DNA of 64,000 nt from Candidatus Micrarchaeota archaeon (GCA_022627495.1 JAKEGJ010000008.1:8212-72211); one strand, 5' to 3'; counted from the first letter of the stretch, positions 19,044-27,923 are shown. Translations and numbers: made by a program. Notes: a model not told the origin generated them from the sequence alone.

Positions 19044-19781
19044 ATGGATGACGACTTGGCCAGGACTTTCAAGTATGCGCAGGAATTCTACCTAAAGAGG
19101 CTCGGCCTCATCATAGTCTTTTCCGTGCCGTTCATACTCGCGTTCCTGGTGCCGGTCCTGGTTCCCGCGCCCACGTATCTGGCCCTTGGCGGGGTATTTC
19201 TCAGGACAGGCTCGCTCCCGGAGCTCTCCCTCCTGGACATAATAATCACGTCCATCGCCTACGCCTTCGCGATGTTCATCATGGGCGACACGCTCGTGAA
19301 CATCAACATCATCATCCGCTCGAAAAGGACGCTGACATCCATCAGGCACGAAGTGATCAGCGCGATGGGCACATACGCCATGAGGATATTCTATATCTCC
19401 ACCATGTTCCTGCTAATCATGTTCATCCTCCAGCTGATTACTTACGACAACCCGTTCCAGTCCTGGATTTACCCGCTCGCAACCCTTGTCCTCTCATCCC
19501 TGCTCTTCTTCGTGCCTCCGGCTGTCGTGATAGACAATTCCGACACGCCGACCGCCATCCGCCGCTCGGTTGCGATGGCCCTGCAGAACCCGCATTTCGT
19601 GCTTCTCTGGACAATCCTTCTCCTTCTGTCGGTCTCGGCAGTAAAAATCGCGGCGGATTTCGTCTTCTCCAGCCCGTTCTCCGGCTTCTTCGTTCTGCTT
19701 GTGAACTGCCTTCTCATCCTGCCGTTCTTCACCGTGCTCCAGACGCAGATGTACATGGAGAGGTACCCGCTGGCAAGGTAA
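19044..19781 (+). CDS. hypothetical polytopic membrane protein
   Basis: 245 aa with about 6 hydrophobic segments. Confidence 0.5.
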   Translation: MDDDLARTFKYAQEFYLKRLGLIIVFSVPFILAFLVPVLVPAPTYLALGGVFLRTGSLPELSLLDIIITSIAYAFAMFIMGDTLVNINIIIRSKRTLTSIRHEVISAMGTYAMRIFYISTMFLLIMFILQLITYDNPFQSWIYPLATLVLSSLLFFVPPAVVIDNSDTPTAIRRSVAMALQNPHFVLLWTILLLLSVSAVKIAADFVFSSPFSGFFVLLVNCLLILPFFTVLQTQMYMERYPLAR

Positions 19782-19785
19782 TCCG

Positions 19786-20775
19786 ATGGACAAGTCTAAG
19801 ACCGAATCGCGCAAGAAAGACCACGTGGAGCTTGTGGTATCAAAGGGCGCGCAATACGCGAGGACCACCGGGCTTGAGCGGATGGACTTCATCCACAACG
19901 CGCTTCCTGAGGTTTCCATGGATTCGGTCGACCTTTCCGTTGAATTCCTCGGAAAAACCCTCCGGTATCCGATTCTGATAACCGGGATGACTGGCGGGTA
20001 TGGCGATGCGGAAGGCATAAACCGGAGCCTTGCCCAGGCCGCGCAGAAATACGGCCTCGCCTTCGGCGTCGGCTCTCAGCGCGCGATGGTTGAGAAGCCG
20101 GAGCTTGCGAAGACGTACCGGGTCCGGGACGTCGCTCCAGGCGTGCCGATACTCGCGAACATCGGCGCCTACCAGCTCAAGAAATACTCTTTAAGCCAGG
20201 TCGAATCCCTTGTCAGCGCAATCGAAGCGGACGCACTGGCCATACATCTGAATGCCCTCCAGGAAGTCATTCAGGGCGAGGGCGACACGGATTTTTCCGG
20301 CGTCCTCAATGCCATAGGAAGGACATGCGAAAAGCTCTCCGTTCCTGTCGTGGTCAAGGAGACCGGCGCAGGCATCAGCCAGGACGTGGCCATCAAGCTG
20401 AAGAGCGCGGGAGTGAAATATCTTGATGTCGCCGGCGCCGGCGGCACATCCTGGAGCAAGGTGGAATACCTCCGCACGGACGCTGTGCCCGGGTTCGAGG
20501 ACTGGGGCATACCGACTGCGGAGTCCATCATCCAGTGCAGGGGCGTCCTCCCCATGATTGCGAGCGGCGGTATCCGCAACGGTATAGACGGGGCAAAATG
20601 CATCGCACTCGGCGCCGATATGTGCGGCGCCGCATATCCGTTCATCCGCGCCCTTAGGGAGCATTCGCTTGACGGCTATATCGAGACGTTCCAGAATCAG
20701 ATGCGGATGTGCGCCTTCCTGACCGGCTCCCGCACGCACGCGGATTTGAAGAAGGCCAAGCTCATTTTCAGGTGA
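19786..20775 (+). CDS. fni: type 2 isopentenyl-diphosphate delta-isomerase (FMN-dependent)
   Basis: N-terminal ..RKKDHVEL.., ITGMTGG, GVGSQRA and a TIM-barrel-like pattern. Confidence 0.88.
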   Translation: MDKSKTESRKKDHVELVVSKGAQYARTTGLERMDFIHNALPEVSMDSVDLSVEFLGKTLRYPILITGMTGGYGDAEGINRSLAQAAQKYGLAFGVGSQRAMVEKPELAKTYRVRDVAPGVPILANIGAYQLKKYSLSQVESLVSAIEADALAIHLNALQEVIQGEGDTDFSGVLNAIGRTCEKLSVPVVVKETGAGISQDVAIKLKSAGVKYLDVAGAGGTSWSKVEYLRTDAVPGFEDWGIPTAESIIQCRGVLPMIASGGIRNGIDGAKCIALGADMCGAAYPFIRALREHSLDGYIETFQNQMRMCAFLTGSRTHADLKKAKLIFR

Positions 20776-20984
20776 ATGCCCTACTGCCGCCGTGAAACCG
20801 GACAAGCAGCCCCCTGATTTTTCGAAATTCGGAACATTTTTGTGACATATGTTTATAAATCATCAATTCCTACAACCACTTGCGACCAGGGTTTCCGAAA
20901 GGTCAGACGTGAGTCCAGTGCATATGAGTGTGTTACAAAATGGAAAAACATATATTTAAAAGGGGTTTTGACCATAATACTACT

Positions 20985-22418
20985 ATGGCAACCACACGTT
21001 ACCTTCTTGGGGCTGCTTCAAAGGCAGTCCAGCCCAAATCCTCTCCTTTCCACCTCCCGTTCTCGCCCCAGGTAGAGCCCCTGCAGCTCCGCAAACAGGA
21101 CGAGCTTTCCATACTATCCCCGGAAATACAATTCATGGCCATGCAGGCCCGGGAACACTATGTCGCCCTGGGGGCCGAGGACATCTACAAGCACGTATAC
21201 CAGGTGCTTAGGGCCGCGGTCCGGGGAAAGCTGATACTTCCCTCGACAAACGGCGCGGACCCGTTCTCGAAACAGGTAGCCGAACTCATACTTTACCACT
21301 CGCTCGATTCGGTGAGCCACATCCCGAACCAGCCATTCATACCCGGCTTTGAAAAAAGGTTCCTGCTCCAGAACCGCTTCAAGAAGCTCGACAGCTGCTC
21401 TGGCGAGCGCTCGAATGCCTACAACCAGCTGCTGAACGACTGCTCCATCGACCTCACAGACCTCCTGGTGGTGCTGTATGCCAGAATAGCGGACATGATG
21501 GCCATGCACCTGCCCGGCACGGTCAAGGCCGCATCGACCAAGATGCCAGGCATATTCCCGATGCACAACGATTGGGAAGAGGTCAAGAAGTCCTGGGCAT
21601 GGCCGATGCTCAACATATACTGCCCGATAGCAGACTGGGGAAGCCTGACGACCGCCTACCGCGAGATGAGGGACAATGCGGTCGCCTACCTTTACCCCCG
21701 GGAAGTCGCCCAGCTCTCCGGCCGCGTAAGGGGGCTGATGCCCGCGCTCCAGAATACCGGGAAGATTCTCGATTCGGTCCTTTCCGACATGTCGACCACG
21801 CTCGGCATCCGGGTGCTGGTGGCAGACGACAACGACTCGATGTCGGCCGGATTATCCCAGCTGGACGACCGGACCGTCATCGTTCGGAAAAGGCCGTTCA
21901 AAGGTGAAGGCGGGCTGATATACAAGGCCATCAAGAAGGATATCTCCGTCGACATGGTCCACGACTGGGCCGGCGCCACGATAATCACGGAGAACGAGGA
22001 CCTTCTATACAAGGTAGTCTCGTACCTCTATGCCGGCGGCATTCAATCTGCGGCCCGGGCGAACGGAGTCCGCGACCTTCTGACGCTGCCCCCGGTCGAT
22101 TATGTCAGCAGCCCAAAACCCGTCACCCTCTACCAAAGCATACACATAGACACGGTGAGCCGCGACCCGCGCATGGTCCCGCTGGAGATAATCGTTCGCA
22201 CTGCGGCCATGCACAGGAATGCCGACATCGGAACTGCCGGCCATGAGGTGTACAAGCTGTGCCCGCTCCACAACGGGGAGCGCGCACGCTTCATGCAGAG
22301 GCTGGCCGAGATTCAATCCATCGTGCAGCCCTATGCCTGCCGCATGCCGTTCCAGCTTGTATCCGGAATATACATGCCCCTTGGCGCCGACCAGACCGGG
22401 AACCGCCTCGCTGCCTGA
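20985..22418 (+). CDS. RelA/SpoT-homologue-like protein 1 (degenerate HD region + synthetase-like nucleotidyltransferase domain)
   Basis: Motifs VRKRPFKGEGGLIYKAIKK / HDWAGATIIT / LYQSIHID / PLEIIVRTAAMHRNADIGTAGHEVYK. The ORF opens at a GTG at 20928. The ATG at 20985 lies about 25-30 nt after the TATA-like ATATATTTAAAA (20951-20962). Confidence 0.6.
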   Translation: MATTRYLLGAASKAVQPKSSPFHLPFSPQVEPLQLRKQDELSILSPEIQFMAMQAREHYVALGAEDIYKHVYQVLRAAVRGKLILPSTNGADPFSKQVAELILYHSLDSVSHIPNQPFIPGFEKRFLLQNRFKKLDSCSGERSNAYNQLLNDCSIDLTDLLVVLYARIADMMAMHLPGTVKAASTKMPGIFPMHNDWEEVKKSWAWPMLNIYCPIADWGSLTTAYREMRDNAVAYLYPREVAQLSGRVRGLMPALQNTGKILDSVLSDMSTTLGIRVLVADDNDSMSAGLSQLDDRTVIVRKRPFKGEGGLIYKAIKKDISVDMVHDWAGATIITENEDLLYKVVSYLYAGGIQSAARANGVRDLLTLPPVDYVSSPKPVTLYQSIHIDTVSRDPRMVPLEIIVRTAAMHRNADIGTAGHEVYKLCPLHNGERARFMQRLAEIQSIVQPYACRMPFQLVSGIYMPLGADQTGNRLAA

Positions 22419-22584
22419 GCATGCCTCAGGGCGCGCAGGGTTAGGGCGGTTGCAATCCTTTTTTTAATCTTTTTAGACACATCCCCATCATCCGCCTGCC
22501 AGCTTGCCTCACGGACCGCCGGAGTTATATTGTGGTGGAAATAGGAAGAATGTAAGTATTATAAATTGTTTTACCAAGTGTTTA

Positions 22585-24060
22585 ATGATGGCGATAATAT
22601 CCACGCTGCCAAGCGCGCAGTCCGACATTCAGCGCATGCGCCATTTCTACAAGAGCATGGGCCAGATCAACCAGTACAACCATTCCCATGCCGTCTACAC
22701 CAAAGCGACGCGGTTCAACATCATCGATGAAGGGATAATCCGCGATGAGGGCAAGGATCCTTCCCTGCGCATCAACCACCTTCTGCGGCGCAGGCTCGCG
22801 TTCCTGCACGTGGTGGATTCCGGCAAGATAAAAGACTTCCCGGGCCTCCTTCCGCGAGGAATCGCGGATGACGCGCTCCTTCAAGAGCTGGACGTTTTCG
22901 AGAAGCTTACCGCCCTCGAACGCCGCGGCGCTCCCAAATCGGAATTCCTTGCCCTGCTGAATAACGGCAGGCGCCCGCTCGCCCCGCTCATCAAGATACC
23001 CGACTGCTCGCTGACCCACGACACGGAAGAACAGCTCGCCGGCTTCATCGCCAACGGCGTCCCTTCGATAATCCGGCAGTATGAATCGGTTGGGGAAGCC
23101 CGCCTTGCCATGAAGCTGGACCTCAAAGCGGCCGAGAAGCTATGGGCGCCCCTTGCAGGATTCTACGGCTACCAGGAGCTTTCCGGCGACATCTTCCAGC
23201 AGTCCTACCGGGTGAACCATCCGGAGATACACGACCGTGTAATTGCCAACATGGCCGACCCGGTTACGAATGAGCGGATAGCCCGCACCTACCACCTGGC
23301 GAAAGTGGCCGCGCGGATGGTTGCGCGTGCCCTGGAATCCTACGGCGTGGAGGCAGAAGTGCCTGTACGGAAAGTGAAGCATCCGGGGAAGCAGATGGAA
23401 AAGGCGTACCGCTTCCTTCTCCAGGATTACGAAGCCACGCCCATCGACAGCCGCCTGTGCAGGAGCGAGTTCGTCACCAGCCGGGTTTCCAGCTTCGATT
23501 TCGGACGTTTCAACGACATGGTTGCCGTAAGGGCGATAATCTCGCGCTTCAACGGTATGGGCATCGACCAGCTCATAAAGGATTCGGGCCATGCAGTGGA
23601 GCCGGGGGTCGAAAACCGGCAGTTCGACCTCAATGAAATCGGCAGGCTCCTAGACGTCATCAGAATCCCGGCACTTAAAATCGCTGTCAAGGCCATAGCG
23701 GACGTGCTGACCTCGCTCTCCATCCTGCATCCCGAACCCATGGGGAGCTTCGCCTGCGGCGTCGAGTACAAAAAGAAACCAAACGGATACCACGGCTTCC
23801 ATTTCGACATACGGGCGCAGGGCAAGGGGGGCGCCATCCTTGTCCCGTTCGAATTCCAGCTTCGGACAAGCGAATGGCACTACATCTCCGAGCGCGGAGG
23901 CGCCGCGCACTTCCTGCTCAAGGGAGGCGACGAATCAGGCCCCATAGACGGAGAACTGATCGAGACGCTCGGCAACGGCTACCATGACCTGCTTTACGGG
24001 CCCGACCCATCCATGCCGCCAAGCAGCCGCATCTGCCCACCCTGCGGGAAAAGCGGCTGA
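22585..24060 (+). CDS. RelA/SpoT-homologue-like protein 2 (degenerate HD region + synthetase-like nucleotidyltransferase domain)
   Basis: Motifs VRKVKHPGKQMEKAYRFL / NDMVAVRAIIS / NGYHGFHFDI / PFEFQLRTSEWHYISERGGAAHFLLK. TATA-like TATTATAAATT at 22557-22567 sits about 20 nt before ATGATG at 22585. Confidence 0.65.
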   Translation: MMAIISTLPSAQSDIQRMRHFYKSMGQINQYNHSHAVYTKATRFNIIDEGIIRDEGKDPSLRINHLLRRRLAFLHVVDSGKIKDFPGLLPRGIADDALLQELDVFEKLTALERRGAPKSEFLALLNNGRRPLAPLIKIPDCSLTHDTEEQLAGFIANGVPSIIRQYESVGEARLAMKLDLKAAEKLWAPLAGFYGYQELSGDIFQQSYRVNHPEIHDRVIANMADPVTNERIARTYHLAKVAARMVARALESYGVEAEVPVRKVKHPGKQMEKAYRFLLQDYEATPIDSRLCRSEFVTSRVSSFDFGRFNDMVAVRAIISRFNGMGIDQLIKDSGHAVEPGVENRQFDLNEIGRLLDVIRIPALKIAVKAIADVLTSLSILHPEPMGSFACGVEYKKKPNGYHGFHFDIRAQGKGGAILVPFEFQLRTSEWHYISERGGAAHFLLKGGDESGPIDGELIETLGNGYHDLLYGPDPSMPPSSRICPPCGKSG

Positions 24061-24068
24061 ATGCATAA

Positions 24069-24533
24069 TCAGACCTCGCCGAATTCCGTCAGCCTGCTGA
24101 CGACGTTCAGCACCATGTTCGTATTCGTCTTCCGAACGCCTTCGGTGGCGAGTATCCTCTTCACCGTTGCGCTCAGCTCCCCCCTCGTCTTGCACATCAG
24201 GACCGCCAATGCGTCGTATTCGCCGGTGGTGTCCCAGACCGCGGCCACATGGGGAAGCTTCGCGACCTTCTCCTCTATCGCAATCAGGTTCTTTCCTGAC
24301 ATGCTGATCTCGACTATCGCCATGAATTCGAAACCGAGCTTGAGGTAGTTCACCCTCGCGCCGTAGCCTGTGATAAAGTCTTTCCTCTCAAGCGACTTTA
24401 TGCGCTCCACGAGGGCGGCCGGGGACAGGCCTATCTGCTTCGCGATATTGCGGTATGAGCGCCCTGAATCGGCGATAAGTTCGCGCATTATTCTGGCGTC
24501 CATTTCATCTATTTCCTGCGTCTTCTTGCTCAT
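24069..24533 (-). CDS. Lrp/AsnC-family transcriptional regulator
   Basis: HTH (..DARIMRELIADSGRSYRNIAKQIGLSPAALVERIKSLE..) plus a RAM/ACT-like C-terminal domain. Divergent from glnA. Confidence 0.85.
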   Translation of the reverse strand: MSKKTQEIDEMDARIMRELIADSGRSYRNIAKQIGLSPAALVERIKSLERKDFITGYGARVNYLKLGFEFMAIVEISMSGKNLIAIEEKVAKLPHVAAVWDTTGEYDALAVLMCKTRGELSATVKRILATEGVRKTNTNMVLNVVSRLTEFGEV

Positions 24534-24655
24534 AATTACGAACATTTGATGTTGATATTTATAAATCTGCCAGTATTTTGTTCTGTTTAAACGAATTTAA
24601 GCAATATTTTAATACCCTAACGCTCACAACGCTTCTAGGGGGCCGGGTGACTTGA

Positions 24656-26065
24656 ATGGATGCAAAATCAGCCAAAGCGCTTTCGGAAAAGGAAGGATTG
24701 GAGCTTGTCGACGTAAAATTCTCGGACCTCTTCGGCCAGTGGAAGCACTTCACGATGCCAAAGGACCTGCTGGATTTTTCTGAAAAGGACCGGCTGCCTT
24801 TTGACGGCTCGTCAATCCACGGCTTCAAGGAGATCCACGAAAGCGACATGGAGCTTGTCCCGGATTACGCCACTTCCTTTGTGGACCCGTTCGCGAGCAA
24901 CAGCCTGTCCATGATATGCGACGTATACGACCCGCACTGCAAGAAATTCTTCGACCGCGACTGCCGGACCATCGCCCGGAAAGCAGAGGCCTACCTGAAA
25001 ACCACCGGCATCGCAGACACGGCATATTTCGGCCCCGAGGCCGAATTCTTCGTGTTCGACGACCTGCGTTTCGACCAGAGCGAGAACTCCGGGTATTACT
25101 TCATCGACTCCGACGAGGGCATCTGGAACTCCGGAAACGGCGTGAAGCGAAACCTCGCATACCGCCCCCGGTTCAAAGATGGGTACATCCCGGTGCCGCC
25201 TAACGACGCCCTGCAGGAAGTGCGCACGGACATGATTCTGACCATGCGCAGGTGCGGATTGAAAATCGAAAAGCACCACCACGAGGTCGCCACCGCCGGC
25301 CAGTGCGAAATCGGAATCCGCTTCGACACGCTGACCCGGGCGGCGGACAATGTCATGATTTACAAATACATCGTGAAAAACATCGCGAGGAAGCACGGCA
25401 AGGTGGCGACGTTCATGCCCAAGCCCGTCTTCAACGACAACGGGTCCGGCATGCACTGCAACCAGAGCCTCTGGAAGGACGGTGCGAACCTGTTTGCGGG
25501 AGACGGCTATGCGGGCCTGAGCCAGACCGCGTTATACTATATCGGCGGCCTCATCGACCATGCCCACTCGCTCGCAGCAATACTCTCGCCGACCACAAAC
25601 TCGTATAAGCGCCTGGTCCCCGGTTTCGAAGCTCCGGTGAACCTCGCATACAGCCAGGCCAACCGCAGCGCCGCGGTGAGGATACCCCTGACTCCGGAAG
25701 GCAACACCTCGGCAAAACGGATAGAATACCGCCCTCCGGACCCAAGCTGCAACCCCTACCTCGGATTCGCCGCCATGGTGATGGCAGGTCTGGACGGAAT
25801 CCGGAAAAAAACCGACCCAGGCGAAGCTGTACGGGAGAATATCTACCACATGCCCAAGGACCGCTCGGCGAAAATCAAGAAACTCCCCCAAAGCCTGGCA
25901 GAGGCGATGTCGGAGCTGGAAAACGACCACGACTATCTGCTGCAGGGCGGCGTCTTCACAAAAGACGTCATCGAAACCTGGGTGGATTTCAAGCGCAACA
26001 AGGAAATCAGCCCGCTGAACCTTCGCCCCCATCCCTACGAATTCCACCTCTACCACGATGTGTGA
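24656..26065 (+). CDS. glnA: glutamine synthetase type I
   Basis: 469 aa. VDVKFSDLFGQWKHFT.., ..NGSGMHCNQSLW.., ..NSYKRLVPGFEAP.. motifs. Confidence 0.92.
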   Translation: MDAKSAKALSEKEGLELVDVKFSDLFGQWKHFTMPKDLLDFSEKDRLPFDGSSIHGFKEIHESDMELVPDYATSFVDPFASNSLSMICDVYDPHCKKFFDRDCRTIARKAEAYLKTTGIADTAYFGPEAEFFVFDDLRFDQSENSGYYFIDSDEGIWNSGNGVKRNLAYRPRFKDGYIPVPPNDALQEVRTDMILTMRRCGLKIEKHHHEVATAGQCEIGIRFDTLTRAADNVMIYKYIVKNIARKHGKVATFMPKPVFNDNGSGMHCNQSLWKDGANLFAGDGYAGLSQTALYYIGGLIDHAHSLAAILSPTTNSYKRLVPGFEAPVNLAYSQANRSAAVRIPLTPEGNTSAKRIEYRPPDPSCNPYLGFAAMVMAGLDGIRKKTDPGEAVRENIYHMPKDRSAKIKKLPQSLAEAMSELENDHDYLLQGGVFTKDVIETWVDFKRNKEISPLNLRPHPYEFHLYHDV

Positions 26066-26149
26066 ACCCGGGTATGCCGTGCAATATTATCGCTTTTTTT
26101 ATATTTATGAAACAAGCGCCGATCTGCGGTCGGAAATTGGGAATAGTAT

Positions 26150-26311
26150 CGGGCTCAGAGGGATTTGAACCCTCGACCTGCGGATTTCCGCTTTTTAGGA
26201 AAAAGCGGCCAAAAACTGGCTGTTAATCGCGTTTTCCAAAAAGTAAAAGTCCGACGCTCTACCAAGCTGCTCTCCGCCTTCGTGATGAGGGCGAAACTGA
26301 GCTATGAGCCC
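26150..26311 (-). tRNA. tRNA-Lys(UUU) with two introns (D-loop ~26266-26296; canonical 37/38 ~26186-26243)
   Basis: Removing a 31-nt and a 58-nt segment restores a 73-nt cloverleaf: GGGCUCA UA GCUC AGUUGGUA GAGC G UCGGA CUUUUAA UCCGC AGGUC GAGGG UUCAAAU CCCUC UGAGCCC G. CCA is not encoded. Confidence 0.8.
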
Positions 26312-26432
26312 ATATGTTACGGGATTGACTAGCCTAGAATTATTTTTAAATGGATTAGAGCAATTCCATTCAAGAAAGCCAAGCCTTCCGGTGCAGCGGG
26401 CTGTTCCGGAGGAGGGGTTTTCTGAATTGAAA

Positions 26433-26596
26433 GCCGGGTTGGCAGATCGGCTATGCGCCCGCCTGCAGTTCCCACCTTTTAGGAAAAGGTGGGGTCAAAA
26501 CCGTTTGGAAAAAAACGGGCAGCGGCAAGCGGATTAGAGGGGTTCAAATCCCCGCCCCGATTACCGGGGTTTGGAGGGCATTTCCTCTACCCGGCT
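26433..26596 (+). tRNA. tRNA-Cys(GCA) with two introns (canonical 37/38 26469-26527; T-arm ~64/65 26554-26587)
   Basis: Removing a 59-nt and a 34-nt segment gives GCCGGGU UG GCAG AUCGGCU AUGC G CCCGC CUGCAGA GCGGA UUAG AGGGG UUCAAAU CCCCU ACCCGGC U. This has a perfect 7-bp acceptor, a canonical T-loop and discriminator U73. Confidence 0.72.
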
Positions 26597-26667
26597 TTCT
26601 TTCTTTTTCATCTTATCGTAAATTCAAAAGAATTTCCGATTCGGACAAATTTTGCGAAAATTTGTCC

Positions 26668-26802
26668 CCCGAGTTCGCCAGTTGCGGCAGTAGGATTGCC
26701 CAAACTGCCGATGGAGCATCAGAATGGCCGGTGGCGGCATCTCTATTGATTGTCGGGGGAATGGCGGCGCGTTGCCGGTGAAATCGCAGCGGCGAAGTCA
26801 GG
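26668..26802. repeat. 135-nt repeated element, copy 2 (inverted relative to copy 1)
   Basis: See copy 1. It lies between tRNA-Cys and the stop of the CaCA antiporter gene. Internal hairpin CGGCAG-N14-CTGCCG is conserved in both copies, with a variable loop. Confidence 0.85.
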
Positions 26803-26806
26803 CTTT

Positions 26807-27796
26807 TCACATCTTCAGCCGAACATATATCTCCGCGGCCATCGCGATGATATACAGCACGATCAGGTTCGCGCCGTCGATGCGCGTGACCGAGCCCTTG
26901 AGGGTGAAGATGAAGAACGCGACCGTCACGATAAGGAGCGCCGGGGCCGTGACCATCGCGGTCGCGTAATCCAGCTGGATGGGGCGCATTATCGCGAGAA
27001 TTCCCAGGGTTATCAGGAGAGTGAACACGTTCGAGCCTATCGTTTCCGATATGGCCAGTTCGTCGTATCCCCTGCGGACCGCCTGAAGCGAGGCTGCGAG
27101 GTTCGGGATGCTCGGGCCGAGAGCCCCGATTGTGAGGCCTATCAGTATCTCCGGAATACCGAATGAACCCGCGACCATTATCAGCGCGTTCGTGAACCAC
27201 TCCGCGCCCAAAAGAAGCATCCCTATTCCTGCAAGGAATATTACTCGCGTGTCCTGGATGGCCACGTCCACCCCCCATATTTTGCCCGTGAACTGGAGAG
27301 TCTTCGTTATCATCTCCGATTCCTTTTTCCTTTCCTTGAGGGCCAGGGACTTTTCCTGCTCATATATGTTTATCAGGTAGGGGATGAACAGGAGGAGGAA
27401 CACTATCCCATCCCTGCTTGTGACCTGCAGGTCCTCAAGGGCTATCAGGCTGACCACAATCGTCGCTATAAGCATGAAAACCGAATCGCGCGTGATGACA
27501 TGCCTCGGAATCCTCAGCGGATGGATGAACGCCGATATGCCGATTATGAGGCCGAGGTTCACGATTATGGACCCGATTATCACGCCGACGCCGACGCTGC
27601 TGTGGCCCTTCAGCACCGTGGATGTCGAAACCAGGAGCTCCGGCAGGCTAAGGAGCACTGAAACCAGTACCAGGCCCACGGCAACGTGTGTTGTGTTGAG
27701 GTATGCCGCAAGCGGCACTGCGGCATCCGTGACCAGCTCGGATCCCTTGAGGATAAGGGCCAGTCCGACTACGGCAAGCGCAATCTCCAGGAACAT
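26807..27796 (-). CDS. Ca2+/Na+ antiporter, CaCA (YrbG-like) family
   Basis: 329 aa, about 10 TM segments. Two alpha-repeat-like segments (..GLVLVSVLLSLPELLVS.. / ..GLTIGALGPSIPNLAAS..). Confidence 0.82.
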   Translation of the reverse strand: MFLEIALAVVGLALILKGSELVTDAAVPLAAYLNTTHVAVGLVLVSVLLSLPELLVSTSTVLKGHSSVGVGVIIGSIIVNLGLIIGISAFIHPLRIPRHVITRDSVFMLIATIVVSLIALEDLQVTSRDGIVFLLLFIPYLINIYEQEKSLALKERKKESEMITKTLQFTGKIWGVDVAIQDTRVIFLAGIGMLLLGAEWFTNALIMVAGSFGIPEILIGLTIGALGPSIPNLAASLQAVRRGYDELAISETIGSNVFTLLITLGILAIMRPIQLDYATAMVTAPALLIVTVAFFIFTLKGSVTRIDGANLIVLYIIAMAAEIYVRLKM

Positions 27797-27923
27797 TGAA
27801 GGGAATGGAACTGCAACATTAAAAAATATCCTTGGGGCGATTGGAATTAGACGCTTGTCTAACTTAGACGGATGTCCAATTTTACGGCGATATGTTTATA
27901 TATGAAAAAAGCGGTATAAACTA

